A stretch of DNA of 64,000 bases, taken from contig OZ374563.1 of assembly GCA_977862235.1 (NCBI GenBank), forward strand, positions 2,294,001-2,358,000, in the 5' to 3' direction. Below, in pieces: positions 42,063 to 54,657 of the stretch. The DNA comes from Dudresnaya verticillata. Taxonomy: Eukaryota. The translations under genes were made by a program, and so were the position numbers. Each line of letters begins with the position of its first letter. Positions within the stretch are counted from its first letter, which is position 1. Below the pieces are notes generated by a model. That model saw nothing but the letters and a program-made list of their open reading frames with translations. It was not told where the DNA came from and did not search any database.

Positions 42063-43619
42063 ATGCGTCCTGACGACAACCCCAAGAAACACAAACTGGA
42101 TACAGGTTGTTCGGGCTTGGATGGGCAGCCTACCCAGCAGAGACCCCGCACTCATTCTAGCTCAGTTCTCTCTCCGACGTCTTCAGGGACTATTGATTCC
42201 ACAGCGGGCAGTCAAAGTGCTCCGGTTAAACCAGATGGTGCAAGCCCGATGACTGATGAAAAGCCCGTTTCGGGCTTCTATTGTAATTATTGCTCCCGGG
42301 ACCTCTCTACTGTGATAAGGGTGAGGTGTGCTATTTGTCACGACTATGATTCATGCTTGGACTGCTACAGTGTTGGTGCAGAGCTGTACCCACACAAATC
42401 CGATCACCCGTACCGCTTGGTGCTCCCGATGAGTTCCCCAGTTTACAAACTGGGTTGGTCCGCGGATGAGGAGGGGAGACTACTTGATTACATCGAGATA
42501 CACGGCGTTGACAACTGGGAGATTATTGCAAAGGGATTTGTGGGAAAGAGCGCTGCAGTGATCAAAAGGCATTGGTACAGTGCTTACATGAGGACTCAGC
42601 CGATTCCTAGGCCTGCGGGTACGTTTTACGAAGAGCTCGAGTCGATCGAAGTACCCGAAAAGTTTGACAGTGAGGTCTTGAAGAACCATTCTGCAGTTCC
42701 GAAAGCGGATTCTGCGCTCTGGATGGAGAAGCGGGGAGACTTTGGACGTGAGTGGGATAATGAGGCGGAGGAGATGATCGCAGACTTGGAGATCTACGAA
42801 GATGACACTGAGGAAGATAAGGTTTTGAAGTTGCGAGTCATCGAAAGTTACGATTTCAAGATCGACGAGCGAGAGAGAAGGAAGATGTTTGTCCAGAAAC
42901 GGGGTCTCTTCGACATGAAGTCTGATATTGAGAAGCAGAAGAAGTTGTCACCCGAGGAGAAGGCCTTGCGTGATGAGCTCTGTGTCTATTATCGTTTCAT
43001 TTCAGAGTCAGAGATGAATAATCTAGTGGCATACAAGTTGGAAGAGCGTAGGGCAAGTGAGAGGGTTGGAACCTTGCAGCTGGGAATTTCCTTGGGGGCT
43101 AAGAGTGTTATTGAGTGCTTTGAGTTGGCTTCCAATCATCTCGAAAGTGGTGATGTGCCACCCCAGAAACCTTGCGAGGCCAAGGCAGAACCTTCTAGTA
43201 ATATCCCCATCTCCCAGACGGAACAAACCGGGCAGTCGCGACTTGCCGGAAATAATGCGCAACACAGCTACTCTCATGGTGCCGCTGGGGCCAATTCAAC
43301 AGACAACATTGGCACTGGGAACGGAAAGGAGATTGAAGAGACTTGTCATGATGTTGAACAAATACCAGGAGCAGATCTTTTGTCTCGAGCCGAGGTTAAA
43401 CTTTGCAAAAGCTTGAAGATTTCGTTTCACCAGTACATGATCATCAAGGAAGGGATGACGGTTGAGAGTGCCAGGAAGGGTCTCATTTGGAAAAAAGATG
43501 CAAAGGAAATGTTTAGACTGGAGACTTGGAAGATTCTCGTGGTCTTCGAATACTTCCTGGGCTGTGGATGGATCCGGCATCGCAGACCCGCGAACAAGTC
43601 TTCAAACGGAAATTGCTGA
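42063..43619 (+). CDS. ADA2: Transcriptional adaptor ADA2-like, copy 2
   Basis: Same domains as copy 1. Keeps the consensus-like HGVDNW and RGDFGREWDNEAEEMIADL. Confidence 0.93.
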   Translation: MRPDDNPKKHKLDTGCSGLDGQPTQQRPRTHSSSVLSPTSSGTIDSTAGSQSAPVKPDGASPMTDEKPVSGFYCNYCSRDLSTVIRVRCAICHDYDSCLDCYSVGAELYPHKSDHPYRLVLPMSSPVYKLGWSADEEGRLLDYIEIHGVDNWEIIAKGFVGKSAAVIKRHWYSAYMRTQPIPRPAGTFYEELESIEVPEKFDSEVLKNHSAVPKADSALWMEKRGDFGREWDNEAEEMIADLEIYEDDTEEDKVLKLRVIESYDFKIDERERRKMFVQKRGLFDMKSDIEKQKKLSPEEKALRDELCVYYRFISESEMNNLVAYKLEERRASERVGTLQLGISLGAKSVIECFELASNHLESGDVPPQKPCEAKAEPSSNIPISQTEQTGQSRLAGNNAQHSYSHGAAGANSTDNIGTGNGKEIEETCHDVEQIPGADLLSRAEVKLCKSLKISFHQYMIIKEGMTVESARKGLIWKKDAKEMFRLETWKILVVFEYFLGCGWIRHRRPANKSSNGNC

Positions 43620-46142
43620 TGTTATAAGAATTACTGGGTAATGCGGGACGGTCAGTGGTGGGTAATCGCAAGGAGAAGTGAGTCAAGGCGGTCGGGGAGG
43701 CTTTCATGAAGACGGAAAGTTCCTTTATTGATGGTTGTTTATTGTGGTCCTGCGAGGATAACTCAGGCTCTTTAGCAGGCGCACGTCAGACTTCGTTGGG
43801 GCTGGGACCGGGAGGGATTAATCTTCCCGCCATAGCGCTCGTCTCGCCGTGAATCAGCATCATTGGGACGTTTGGAGGTCCGTTTGATCGGAGCGATTGG
43901 TGAAATCGGGAGCGTTACTATCTAGATGACACCTCGTTGCTAACTTCCTGCCTTGGCGTTCCGCGAAGAGGAGAGTTGGCGGAAAGCTTGTAGAGGGGCA
44001 GAGAGGACAGATTGTCTACCAGGAGTTCGTATGTCGGTTCGATGGAAACGAGACCTGTTTGCAGGTTGCTGCGATCGGAAGTGTGTGGTACGGCGAAGCT
44101 GTGAGTCAGAAGTCAGGGAGTCTTTCGAGGCCCGGAGCATGAGGTTGGCATGCCAGGAGGCGGTGGGGGACCTTTTTGACGTGAAGGCTGTGTAAACTCT
44201 GAGCCAGCGATTGTTCCAGCTGGCGGTGTCGGAGCTTCTGCGGTTCCAAGCGATACAGTGCTACAACGTTTTCGCTGTCGCGCCGTCGGATCTCGTTCTG
44301 ATTTCTGTGCGCTGCAAATAGACAATGTAGACACCTAATATCTCGCCCCTCCATGTGCACCCGCAGACTCTCTTTTTCCCGCAGAGGCAACAAGTGTCGA
44401 CCATGGCGGGACAGTATCCATAGATTGATCTGGAGAAGGCTTTACATGTGTAGAGTGCCGCTTGCGGTGATATCACCGGGGAGAGAAAGCCATATATAGC
44501 AAGCATGGTGCCGGTTTTCTTCCTCGATGGAGTGGATGCCGTTCAGTACTGCGCGAGTTCCTGGTCCGTCCGCAGTGATGTCGACTTCAAGATACTTGGA
44601 AGAGCTTTCGGAGGGCATAGGCGTCCCTCCGATACAGGATGGTGGAACTTCTGGGCTTTGTTTGGTACCGTGTCGGGAGCATTTCCGAACATTTTTGTGG
44701 TGACTGCTGTAACGCCCTGCGCCTTAGCGACCGCAATCAACAGTGTGACGATGTGACAGTGTGCCAAAGTCCTCTGTAAGGTATTTCTACGCTGTAATAG
44801 ATTTTCGGCAGCCGCCTCGTGCTGCTCGTGCTGTTTGCCTGCCCCCCCGGTACAAAAAGGGATGAGCTTGCCGCGAGGCGGGAGAGGAGGAAAAGCACAA
44901 GACTACGATCTGCGTCGGGTGACGTGAGGGAAACCACAGGGGGAATCCCAAAACACCGCCGGCCTATCAGGCGGTCTGTCACTCTAGTGCACGCCGTGTG
45001 ACGCTTGAGCACGTCTCGCGACACATCCGCTGGACGTCGACAGTGGCGATCTGTTTTCAGGGGCTACTGTGAGTTCTGCTTTCGGGCGATGGCTGACGGG
45101 TCAAGAGCCCAAGTATGTCTATCGGAAGCGAGGAGCACGCTCAGTGTGGCTCCTGCGGTGGCTGGCAGTGGCGATAGCGAGATGAACAGTGGCGGTAGTT
45201 CTGGAAGACAGTGGTCTCGGACTCGTCGGTAGGGCGCATCCGCCACAGAGAAAATAGAGGCGCAACGGTGTGGTGGACCGCAAGTGAAGCGAACACAGAA
45301 CAGAACACGGACGAGGAAACCGAGCACCCGTTTGCATGCCAATACCTCTTGCCTCTCCCTTCCCTACTTGCACACCCCTCGACGCTGCGTAGGCCGATTA
45401 AGCGATTGCTTCGAATAACGGCGGGAACGAAGACGAGGATCCCTTCAAGTTGCCACAGCCGGGAAGGGAAAAGACAGCGGCGGTAAGTTTACGCCTGAGA
45501 TGGTAACGGTGCTTTCTGAGAGTAAAATCTGCGTAGCAAAGGGTGCGGATTACGGCGATTATTCTGGCGATCGTGTGAAGATCGGTGGGGTGCCATCTGA
45601 CTTTGAGAGAAGATGGAGGGCTTGGGGGTGGGTTCTTAGGGTTGCAAGATTAGTGGCGCTGGAAGGAAGGATGGGAGAGGTACGCAGAAAAACGTATGAC
45701 CAGGAGCCTGTGGGCAAGGGCTCGAGGGGTAGCAATTTCTAGAGTGCCCCTGCAACTTCTCATTGGATACATGGAAGTCACATGGCGGAGGGCGATTAAT
45801 GTATGTCGCGCCTGCTATGGGGGACGCGATAGGCGCTGTTGGTGTCGAGCACGAAGTCAGTTTTGTCTACAGGAGGAAGATGAGTAGGGGGGCTACTGGA
45901 GGAGCCCTCGTTGGCACAGAGGAGCTTCTGCCTCGGCGAATTGACCGGCCGACGGGAGAGAAAACCATCACTCGGGAACTGAGTATTGCCCTTTGCAGCG
46001 TTGCGGTATGTATCTTGGAGGGCCTCCCTGGCACCCTGGAGAGCCCAGCTTGTGCGATGAACTCACATATTGGTGCGCAAGGAGATGCAGTGCATTTTCA
46101 CGCAAAATGGCGGGAACCCGCTTAGGGTCAGAAACTGCGGTA

Positions 46143-46506
46143 CAGTGGAATTCCGATAGCTGCAACCTATTGGGAGATGGGGGCCTGTTGCAATTAGCCG
46201 GAGGTTGCACTTGAGCGGGAGGTATCGTAACTTTCTTAGTACCTCTTTTCGCTTTAATTGTCCTGTACTGTACCTGCTGTACTGTTGACTACCGCACAGG
46301 ACTGTGTCCTACACGGCCATTAGTGGTGAAAAGAGCTGTTTTGACGTTCGAAGCATTGTCTTCGACCGTTGCAGCAAACGGGATTTGCAACAATCCTGTT
46401 TCTTAGTTACTTTTGCAGAGGATTGAACCAAAACGGTGGATGGGGTTCGGTTGTAGCAAACGGGTGGTTGCGCTTATCAGGGGTTGCCATTACCGGGATT
46501 CCACTG
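46143..46506. mobile_element. Pogo/mariner-type MITE, duplicated copy
   Basis: Same TIRs and TA flanks as 19287-19650. Confidence 0.85.
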
Positions 46507-47567
46507 TAGTGATATATTGTATTGTTTATTTTGTTTAACGTGGTCCTGTGCGGGCAACTAAGGCCCATTTCTAGGCACACCTTGGGTGGGGGTGGGGCTA
46601 GTTCGTTTTTGGTAGTGAGGACTCGGGGTCACTAAGGTCGCGAATAGCACGGATCGTATCGGAGATGGACTGCAGCGCGATTCTACTTGTGTCGGTGCTG
46701 GTCAGGGCATTGAGCTTCGGTGTGAGCTGTTGCAGCCGGGCACGGGCAGAGGGGCATTTGGGGGGATCGGGAATGTGCCGAGGTGCCAGCGCAAGGCGAG
46801 CTTCCGGTCACGGTGAGCTTGCAGCTGCAGGGCGGGGGGAAATATTTTCGGATTGCCCTGTACTGGCGCTGGGCGACGTCCTTGCAAAGCTTCCTTCCAA
46901 GTATCCAGTAGTTCCGCCTGGAGGACCTTCCAGTGCGCCGTGCCGAACGGCGATGCGCCAAGCAAATTACAATTTTTTGTTCGCAGTCGGTTAAGTAATT
47001 GCAGAGTGAAAATTGGCCCTTCAGTAAGCCCTGCATTCAGCGAGCAAGCCTGATGCTTACAAGCGATGGTGTCATGGGGCTGGAGCGCAGTCACGGAGAA
47101 CCAATTGCTGTGGTCAGAAACTGATGTGGCAGGCTTTGTCAAACTTCAATAAACTAATTAGAGTGGGTTCTACGGGGCTTCTCACATCGGTATGTTTGCA
47201 TCAAGTTGCCGACGAAAAAGAGCGGCCGCGCCTACGGGAACCCATCAGTATTTATCGCGTTCCTAAAACGCTCAACAGCACCTACGTTCCCCACCAGCGC
47301 TTCCGAAAAGCACTCTCAGCTCTGCTCCTTTGAAATTTCCGCACAGGCCTTCAGGAGACTCCCATCGAAGAGCGCTAGTTGCTTCTCTCATTGCCAACAT
47401 GGATTCTATTCCTGCCGTCAAAGGCCGGCGTTGGTCCAGGAATTCCGGGACATTGGCCCCATCTGACAGGTTCGTGGGCAGCCCCAAGCCATGACTTTCG
47501 CCTGCTTGTATATTCGTCTTTTCCGCACTGACTTTATGTGACCCCGTACCCCTCTTGAATCTGCTGA

Positions 47568-48871
47568 ATGCGAATTCCCACTTCTGTTCACGACACCTCC
47601 ATCCAATTTCTGCCCACCTTCGTTTTCTTCCCTTGCTTTTGTGTTTTACGCCACGCTAGCGCTTCAAAAAGTCCGAATCAGACCATAGACATTAACACGT
47701 GGCTCCGTGACCAACTTAACCGGAATATGAATGCTCCTGTCCACGACGAGAAGCATACAGGCGAACAAGCAACTTGGCGCCGTCACAAACTCAACCAGAA
47801 ACTGAAGGCTCCTGTCGAGCATGAGAAGGAGACAGGAAATCAAACAACTTGGCGCCGTCACAAACTCAACCAGAAACTGAAGGCTCCTGCCAGGCATGAG
47901 AAGCAGACAGGCGAAGAAGCAACTTGGCGCCGTCGCAAGCTCAACCAGAAAATGAATGCACCTGTCAAACATGAGGAAAAAGAAGAGGAAGAGACAGGCG
48001 AAGAAGCAGTTTCGAGGCGGAAAGGTGCTTTGTTCCGGGCGTCAATGCGCCCGATGCGTGAGATCGCCCCTACTGTTGATCACCATCTCCTGGGCTGCTA
48101 TACCGTCAATGTATCACCTCGTGTTTTTGCTGTCGAGCTGCATCATTCTGGTTGCTATGTTATCTCGTTCGGAAATAGTGGTACTATCGGAATACCTCTC
48201 CCGAATTGTGACGAGTCCGTGAGAGAAACTCTCGGCAAAAATGCTAATATCGTCCCGGTTCAGAATACCGATAACAACGAAGATGGCATGGTAATTGCAC
48301 AGAAGTATCCCCCAGAGCTGAGAGGTAAGTTACTTTTGGCATTTTCCTGGCTCATTTCTCAAATCACCGCGTGATTGCTCCCGGTTGCTAATCGTTCGTG
48401 CGTTTATTTGCTCTTCGGATTGATCACGATCCCTGAACTATAGTTTGCGATTTGATTTTACGAATGTGCTACGCACCGGTGACAACTTCTCATGCCGTCG
48501 AAACATTGTTGGAGAAGAATGTTCTCCATGGCGACCAGAAGAACGTTCACGAAGTCAGAAAAAGGCTCTCTCGAAGGGATATCAAGAACAGGAGTAGCTA
48601 TTTTCACGTTCCCGGGCTTCGTCAAGAGCCCAGCAGAATCATTTTCCGAGGCAATTCAGTTTCCGTTCCTTCTGCCACGGCCTCTGGTGGTACAATCCAA
48701 AATGTGTCAAAATCAGTCAATGGAAGCGCCTTGTCGGGGTCAAGCAACGAAGGTGTGGGGTCCGATGGGCCAGGATCAGAAGAAGGAAAGCTGGAAGTAG
48801 GAATGTGTTTGAAGGAGGCAAATGTAGTGTTTGATTCTTTTCAGGATCTCTGTAAGTACTTCAATGCGTAA
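47568..48871 (+). CDS. Hypothetical 2-exon repeat-containing gene, copy 2
   Basis: Near-identical to 20710-22013. Confidence 0.55.
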
Positions 48872-51478
48872 TTGAACGGGAAAGGCGGTGTTTTCCTGCG
48901 GAACGGCGTCTTGGGTTTATTGCTCCGCATATTGTTCCGAGCCAAATTCCAAATTAGCAACGTTCGGTACGACAGGTAGGAATAATTGGAAGGGCAGTGT
49001 GCCATGTGGCCACGGTACTTTCCTGAACGCCTGCTCTCTCTGGATTACAGCTTTCACAGCACAGCCTCAATGGTTTGGTAACAGAGACTCGCAGAATACT
49101 TCCCTGCCCCCTCCATACCATATAGCCTACTGCTGGCTCAGAAGCTTATAGACCACGGCGATAGGAAGCGGGAGATCTGCTGACGTTTGGGCTCATTCCT
49201 CATGCCGCTGCGCTGTTCCACCGCCCGAGCACTGCTATTCTCGCATGTCCAGCGATATAGCGTCTATCCTCCCCAGAACCCACTGTTGAAACACCACGAG
49301 ACATCTCTGGCGACATAGAAGCTACACACAACATATCTGCCGCAGGCTTCGCACACCCACAGTTCCACACCTCGTAGAGTCAGGCCTCGACTTGACACGA
49401 CCTCCTACCGTACCTTGACCAAGCGCAGATAACATAGTAGCCCTAGCCTGCCCTTCCGCCTCCATCTACTGTGCGTTTATATATGGAACTCTGCTATTGT
49501 TAACACACCATCATCAACATTCAATGAAGCATACCAACACATTCTTTCCATTTTGAAAGCCGTAGCGCGCCGAGAATACCCGCAAAGAGAGTATTGCATT
49601 CGCACTGATATTGACAGACGTCTGTTCTTAATCACCGAAGAGCAGGGCTCCTCGAGATTTTGTAGACTTTTATCCTAAACTAGCACGTTCTGAAGTGGCC
49701 TCTTTGTTAACAGGCTGAGGTTCAAGCAAAATGAATGCTGCTGATTGTTACATGGCTCTTTTTCCTGCTTAGTAGTATGCTGGTAGTCGACATTTCCGGC
49801 CGAGTCTTTGAGCAAGTTGTATTCAGGTTTCAGTTAAGAAATAAGCGTGTCACTAACGTACTCAACGTATACCAAAGAACATCCCTTCCCCAAATATCAC
49901 CTTTCGTATCCGCCTGACCCCATCGGTTCACTTCCAGTAAATGCCAACCGCACTTAGTTGAAAACCAGGGGACACCATGAGACAAAAGCTGTGGTATGGA
50001 TCCATAGCAGAAATCGAAAGCATGGTCGCTGAGATCTTTCTGGGAAGTCGCTGTCGCTCTCTGCTAGTTGCCATTTTGTACCCATTTCAGTGTGTACTTG
50101 TCCCCACATGATCAGCGCTCTATATATTGCCCTGTTCGGCTGAACCTTCCCCGCCGTGCGGAACTAAGCCTGTTTCATCGAAGCGCTGTAGCAGGAAAAG
50201 AATATGGGACTCTTTGGCACTCAGTCTGGAAACTGGGACTGAATACGCGCGGTGGTCTAGGAATAACGGAAGATCTGGGATTATCTTCAGAGCCAAACTG
50301 CAGTTGTCCTGGTCAGCCAACCAACACTGAAGCTCCTTCTTCGCACGATGGCCGAGTTCTTCCGTGTTCTCCAGCTTAGTATACTCGGCGAACAGCAGCG
50401 ATCTGAGATGTTGAGTTCCGGCCCCATCGCTAGCGTTGGCACTGCGTTCCTGCAAGGCACTGATAGACACCGCCGGACTGGAAACAAAACCGGCCTTGCC
50501 AACGCGGTCCTGCTGAATCCTAACACCAATTCCAAGAAGCTCACGTGAATTCGTGATCTCTCTAATCGAAGAGCTCGGAAAGTTGGAGGCTGGATTCGCC
50601 GGCCTGCCGCGGATGGATTTGGAATCTTCTGCGGGAACGTCTTCTGACGTCCCCAGTCGCGGGGCACGATGATCAGGGTCCATGGAATCGCTCGACTGAA
50701 TCCCGTATTCTTCCTCAATTGCCCGAAATAGCGGAAGATATCTGCTCTGTGAAGCACTTGAACTTGGTGAAGGTGAGCAAAGGCCGACTCTTCCGAACAC
50801 ACCGCGGCCGAGCAGAGCAGATGGCTGTGTGGTGGTAGAAATTTGTGCACTATTCATCACCGGTGGATTTGGAAGCTTTTCGAATCTAACTGCGTTTGAC
50901 ACGTGGCAAAACTAGATTCGCACTGTAAGTTGTATTGCTTACATTGTATGTTCTTTTCTTTGTTGATCGTTTGCGATTTGTAGAACGTGCATGCTGGGAA
51001 CCTCCATGGAGGTTCCCTCTCTCCTCAACGAGCGTATGGAGCTAATTTGAGCGGAGAAAGTAGTCGATATGAGGATGGACCGAGATACCAAATCGTTCGT
51101 TCAGGGATCCTGAAACGTCTTCTTCCCTTTCTGCACGGACCTGTATCCGAGTACGGAGGTAGTCGGAATTATTGAGAGCTGACATGCCTAATTCTCTTTT
51201 GAGAAAAGCCCCCCTGTTGCCCTCCCTTCCCTCCCTCTGGAGTTCTCGGTAGTGGAATAGGCATATTCTAGAGACTATTAACTTTTCTAGGCCTTGTCCT
51301 TATGTACGTGCGACATGGATGCTTGCTCCAGGGCCACTGAGAATTGCGGCGTCATATAATCAGGAAAAGCCTCATCCTTTAGCACTGGAAGGGCTAGCAT
51401 GATCTAAGCGTTGCGTGATATTGTGTCTTTGGCTCCATATGATTTTAATTCTTTGAATGCAATGCGAGTTTTTTGCAC

Positions 51479-51773
51479 CCACCCGCGGAGGCGGACGGTG
51501 GTGCAGTGGTTCACCGCTGCGCCGTTGATTCCGGGAAACCGAGTTCGACTCCCGCCAGGTACCATGGTTCTACATTTCTCTCAAGGATTTTTCCCCACCG
51601 GGGTTGTTTGCCCATTCTTCTCATGGAGCCGGCTGGACTGCCTCCAGATTACGGGTGTAAGCCCGTCTAGTGTACCATACAGTAGATATCTGGTTGGTAG
51701 GGCGTGTGCCTGCAAATGGGCCCTAGTAGCCCGCGCAACCGCGCATGTTAAAGATTCAATAAAGTACAACATC
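51479..51773 (+). mobile_element. tRNA-derived SINE (~295 bp)
   Basis: A box TGGTGCAGTGG at 51499, B box GAGTTCGACTCC at 51541, head ends ACCA, AATAAA at 51758. Absent at the homologous site (~34170). No clear TSD. Confidence 0.85.
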
Positions 51774-52117
51774 GCATTGCGGCAGCTTACGCAGTTAGTT
51801 CTCATTTTAATCAACGATGCAGTCGTCTCGTCGCAAAGAGCATGGTAAAACAAAGTGGCCCCTCTTCATTGTTGAGTCTAAATCTAGAGCTGAGGGAACT
51901 TGCAGCTACCATTTCGAAGCTGTGGCAGCCTAGATATCCTCGGAGAATCGCTTGGGTCTCTGTCAATTCCGGAAGAGGTCACCAGAGGCGGAGCAGTACG
52001 TGCAACAGAATCACGAAAATGTAAAGGGTTCACAGACGCAAAAGTATGTTCAGAGGTTCGACCAACTGTAGTGGAGATGTTTACATAAGTGTGTGACAGG
52101 TTGGTCGCGGCCATCAG

Positions 52118-52690
52118 TTACTGCTGCGCATCCGCCGGCGTCTCACTGATGGCACCAGACATGCTAGATATGTTAGCACCATTAGTACCGTCGCTACGAT
52201 AACCGTAGAGACTCTTGGCCCAGTCGTTCCTTCCAACATCAGTTTGCAGGCGGTACAACAAAAATGTGAGCATGATCTTGTCGAAGAAGCGCATGCGCTC
52301 AAAGTCCAACGTTATGCCTGCATTAATACCGCCAGCTTCGAACATGACGGGCACATGGGGCGCAATGGTCAGAGCAGCCAGTATATTCACCATGCTTCTG
52401 AAGAATGAATCCAGGAAGGCAGCGAACTGAGCATCAATACGTTCATTGTCTAGGCCAACAATTTGGCGGATTTCAAAAGCGTACTGCAAAGCGGAGCTCT
52501 GCTCAGCGTTGAGCATGTCGATAGGATGTGGGCGGACCGCGTCGACAGCGCTTCCAGGGAGAACTTGGGCACTCTGACTGGATGTAATCGTCACGGAGTA
52601 GCCGTCAGTCGGATATACCGCGTTTTCCTGGGTCTCCGTAGTCTCCACAGGCCCGGCGTAGCCCATTGGGTACTCGTTGTGGTCCAGCAT
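52118..52690 (-). CDS. Hypothetical protein, 190 aa, copy 2
   Basis: Paralog of 34513-35085. Confidence 0.65.
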   Translation of the reverse strand: MLDHNEYPMGYAGPVETTETQENAVYPTDGYSVTITSSQSAQVLPGSAVDAVRPHPIDMLNAEQSSALQYAFEIRQIVGLDNERIDAQFAAFLDSFFRSMVNILAALTIAPHVPVMFEAGGINAGITLDFERMRFFDKIMLTFLLYRLQTDVGRNDWAKSLYGYRSDGTNGANISSMSGAISETPADAQQ

Positions 52691-54657
52691 GCCAAGATGC
52701 CAGAGGTAGCTGAAAGGTTGTGTAGTTGAGAAGAAAGCTGATGGAAGTGGTCTGGAGCGGGTCGAAAGCAGTGTCCAGACGGCTGAAGTAGGCTATTGGA
52801 AGGCACCGGGCGGATATATCGTTGTGCCGACCGAAGACGGACGGCGGCATAGACGGGCACCAAAACATTTGAAAACATTCAGACATTCAGATCTGCTGCG
52901 GGGCCCTTTGCTGCGTTCATATTTGAAAGTAATTTTTGAAAGTAAGTTTGTTTTGCGAGTTGTTGGCGGCTGTAGCCTTGAGAGTGCAATTGGATTCCTT
53001 CACGGCGTTCGAGGCCTTGGACCAGCAGACTTTGCTTGCACGTCAAGGCTTATGCTGAGCGGGCATGTTGCATGTTGCATGTTGCACAAGACGGATACTG
53101 AGGGTGGGGAGTGATAACCCTCCGCCGCAGCCTGCGTTGCCAGCCTTTGTACGATCAATTTCTCTCAAATGTCGCTGTGGTGAACAATTGGTCTTTGCGC
53201 TTCAAAGCCTTGCATGTCTCGGGATCACCTGTAAGTACCGCCGTGTGTAATATTTTCCTGTTAAGCTTGCTGATAGCTACATGCGGACAGTCTTTCTTCG
53301 GCGGGCTGCAAGTCGTAGAATAGCCGTTGTTGGAAATGGGCACTTCATCTGTAAAGGAAAACGGAGCAGGAAGTGGAGATTGGGTTTCCGCAGTTGCAAA
53401 TGAAAATTTCGCTACACATACTGAAGTTGCTTGTGATTTGTACTGGCATCTGAACAGCATCAAATTCTGACAGTACTTGGTTTATTCACGCGCGAACACG
53501 TACACGCCTCCACAACAGATTCCATTAGAGGTCTATGTCTATTTCGATGTTCCCTTTCAAGCGTTTTGTCCAAGCGCTCCCAAGCAATGCATTTTTTTGG
53601 TTACCAGAAGGCCACTGGGATATGAGTATGAAGGAATCGGGATCAAACATGGCTCCATGTGGCGGCGGGTGGGAGACGTGCTTGTTGACAGCCCTGACTT
53701 TGTTAAGGTTGGAAGACTAGTGGTCAGAAAGTCAGAATGCAAACAAATGCTTTAGCGTTTGTTCTGCACAGGAGTCTAGTACAGTGCGCGGGTATTTACG
53801 GCCTGGTAACAATGCTGTTTCTGAGTTGTACTACAAGATGTACTGTTAGCTCGAATGACTTGCCCTTGCTCGCTGGTAGATTTGTTACAGTTTGCGGGTC
53901 TCGCAGTTTGAAATTGTGAATAGCAAAATCGACGTGAATACCTCCACGTCAAGAATAATGTGGGCAATGCAGCTGGGAATGAGAGAGGAGAACGGTGTTT
54001 GTGTAGAGAGGAAATATGAATGTCATATTCTATCTAGGGCTAGTCCGGTGCATGGACATACCGAAGTCAAAATTCTGCAAGGTCATTCTCGGACTGCCTC
54101 TCAATCGCCGGACGGAGTCATTAATTCATGATGATAATATTCCAGCACCGAGAGAGGGAGCGACGAAGGCTTGTTTTATGCGGGAAATGTGGCTGCTGTC
54201 GCAGAGAAGCCTGATGCCTCGAAGTTCTCCGCAAATAGGGATACCGACTGTCGGTACATTCTCGGGAACCTGAACATGGACGGCGATGACGATGAAGGAG
54301 CAAGGGAATGAACAGCGCAGATAGATCCGAGCTGGCTGGAGGAGGTCGCCGCTTGAGCGTACCGCATCGAGCGGATGCGATTGGCGTCTCAACCGGAGCG
54401 TAAACGCTCCCGACGCGGCCACGGCGCAGGTCAAGAAGGAAGCCAAAAAATACTCGAAAAACAAATACCGACCACACGCTACCGCCCACGGCCACTCCGC
54501 CCATCGCACCACCACCACCGTCAGCTGCCAGCCGCTCGCGCTCTCCTCCACCCTGACCGGCTTCGCTCGGCAAGGCGGGAGGAGCGCTCCCTCGCCGTCG
54601 CCACAACGCCAAGTAACCGCGTGGTACCGCAACCTGCTGCACCAAGTCGGCCGCGCC

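Noticed and set aside
51491..51564. tRNA gene
   Set aside because: A and B boxes are present, but the acceptor and anticodon stems do not pair well, and it is part of a larger insertion with a LINE-like tail.
51755..51765. SINE mobilised by the CRE element (shared TTCAATAAAGT with 11715-11725)
   Set aside because: The match is little more than the poly(A) signal. The ~70-nt structured match to the other LINE family is much stronger.
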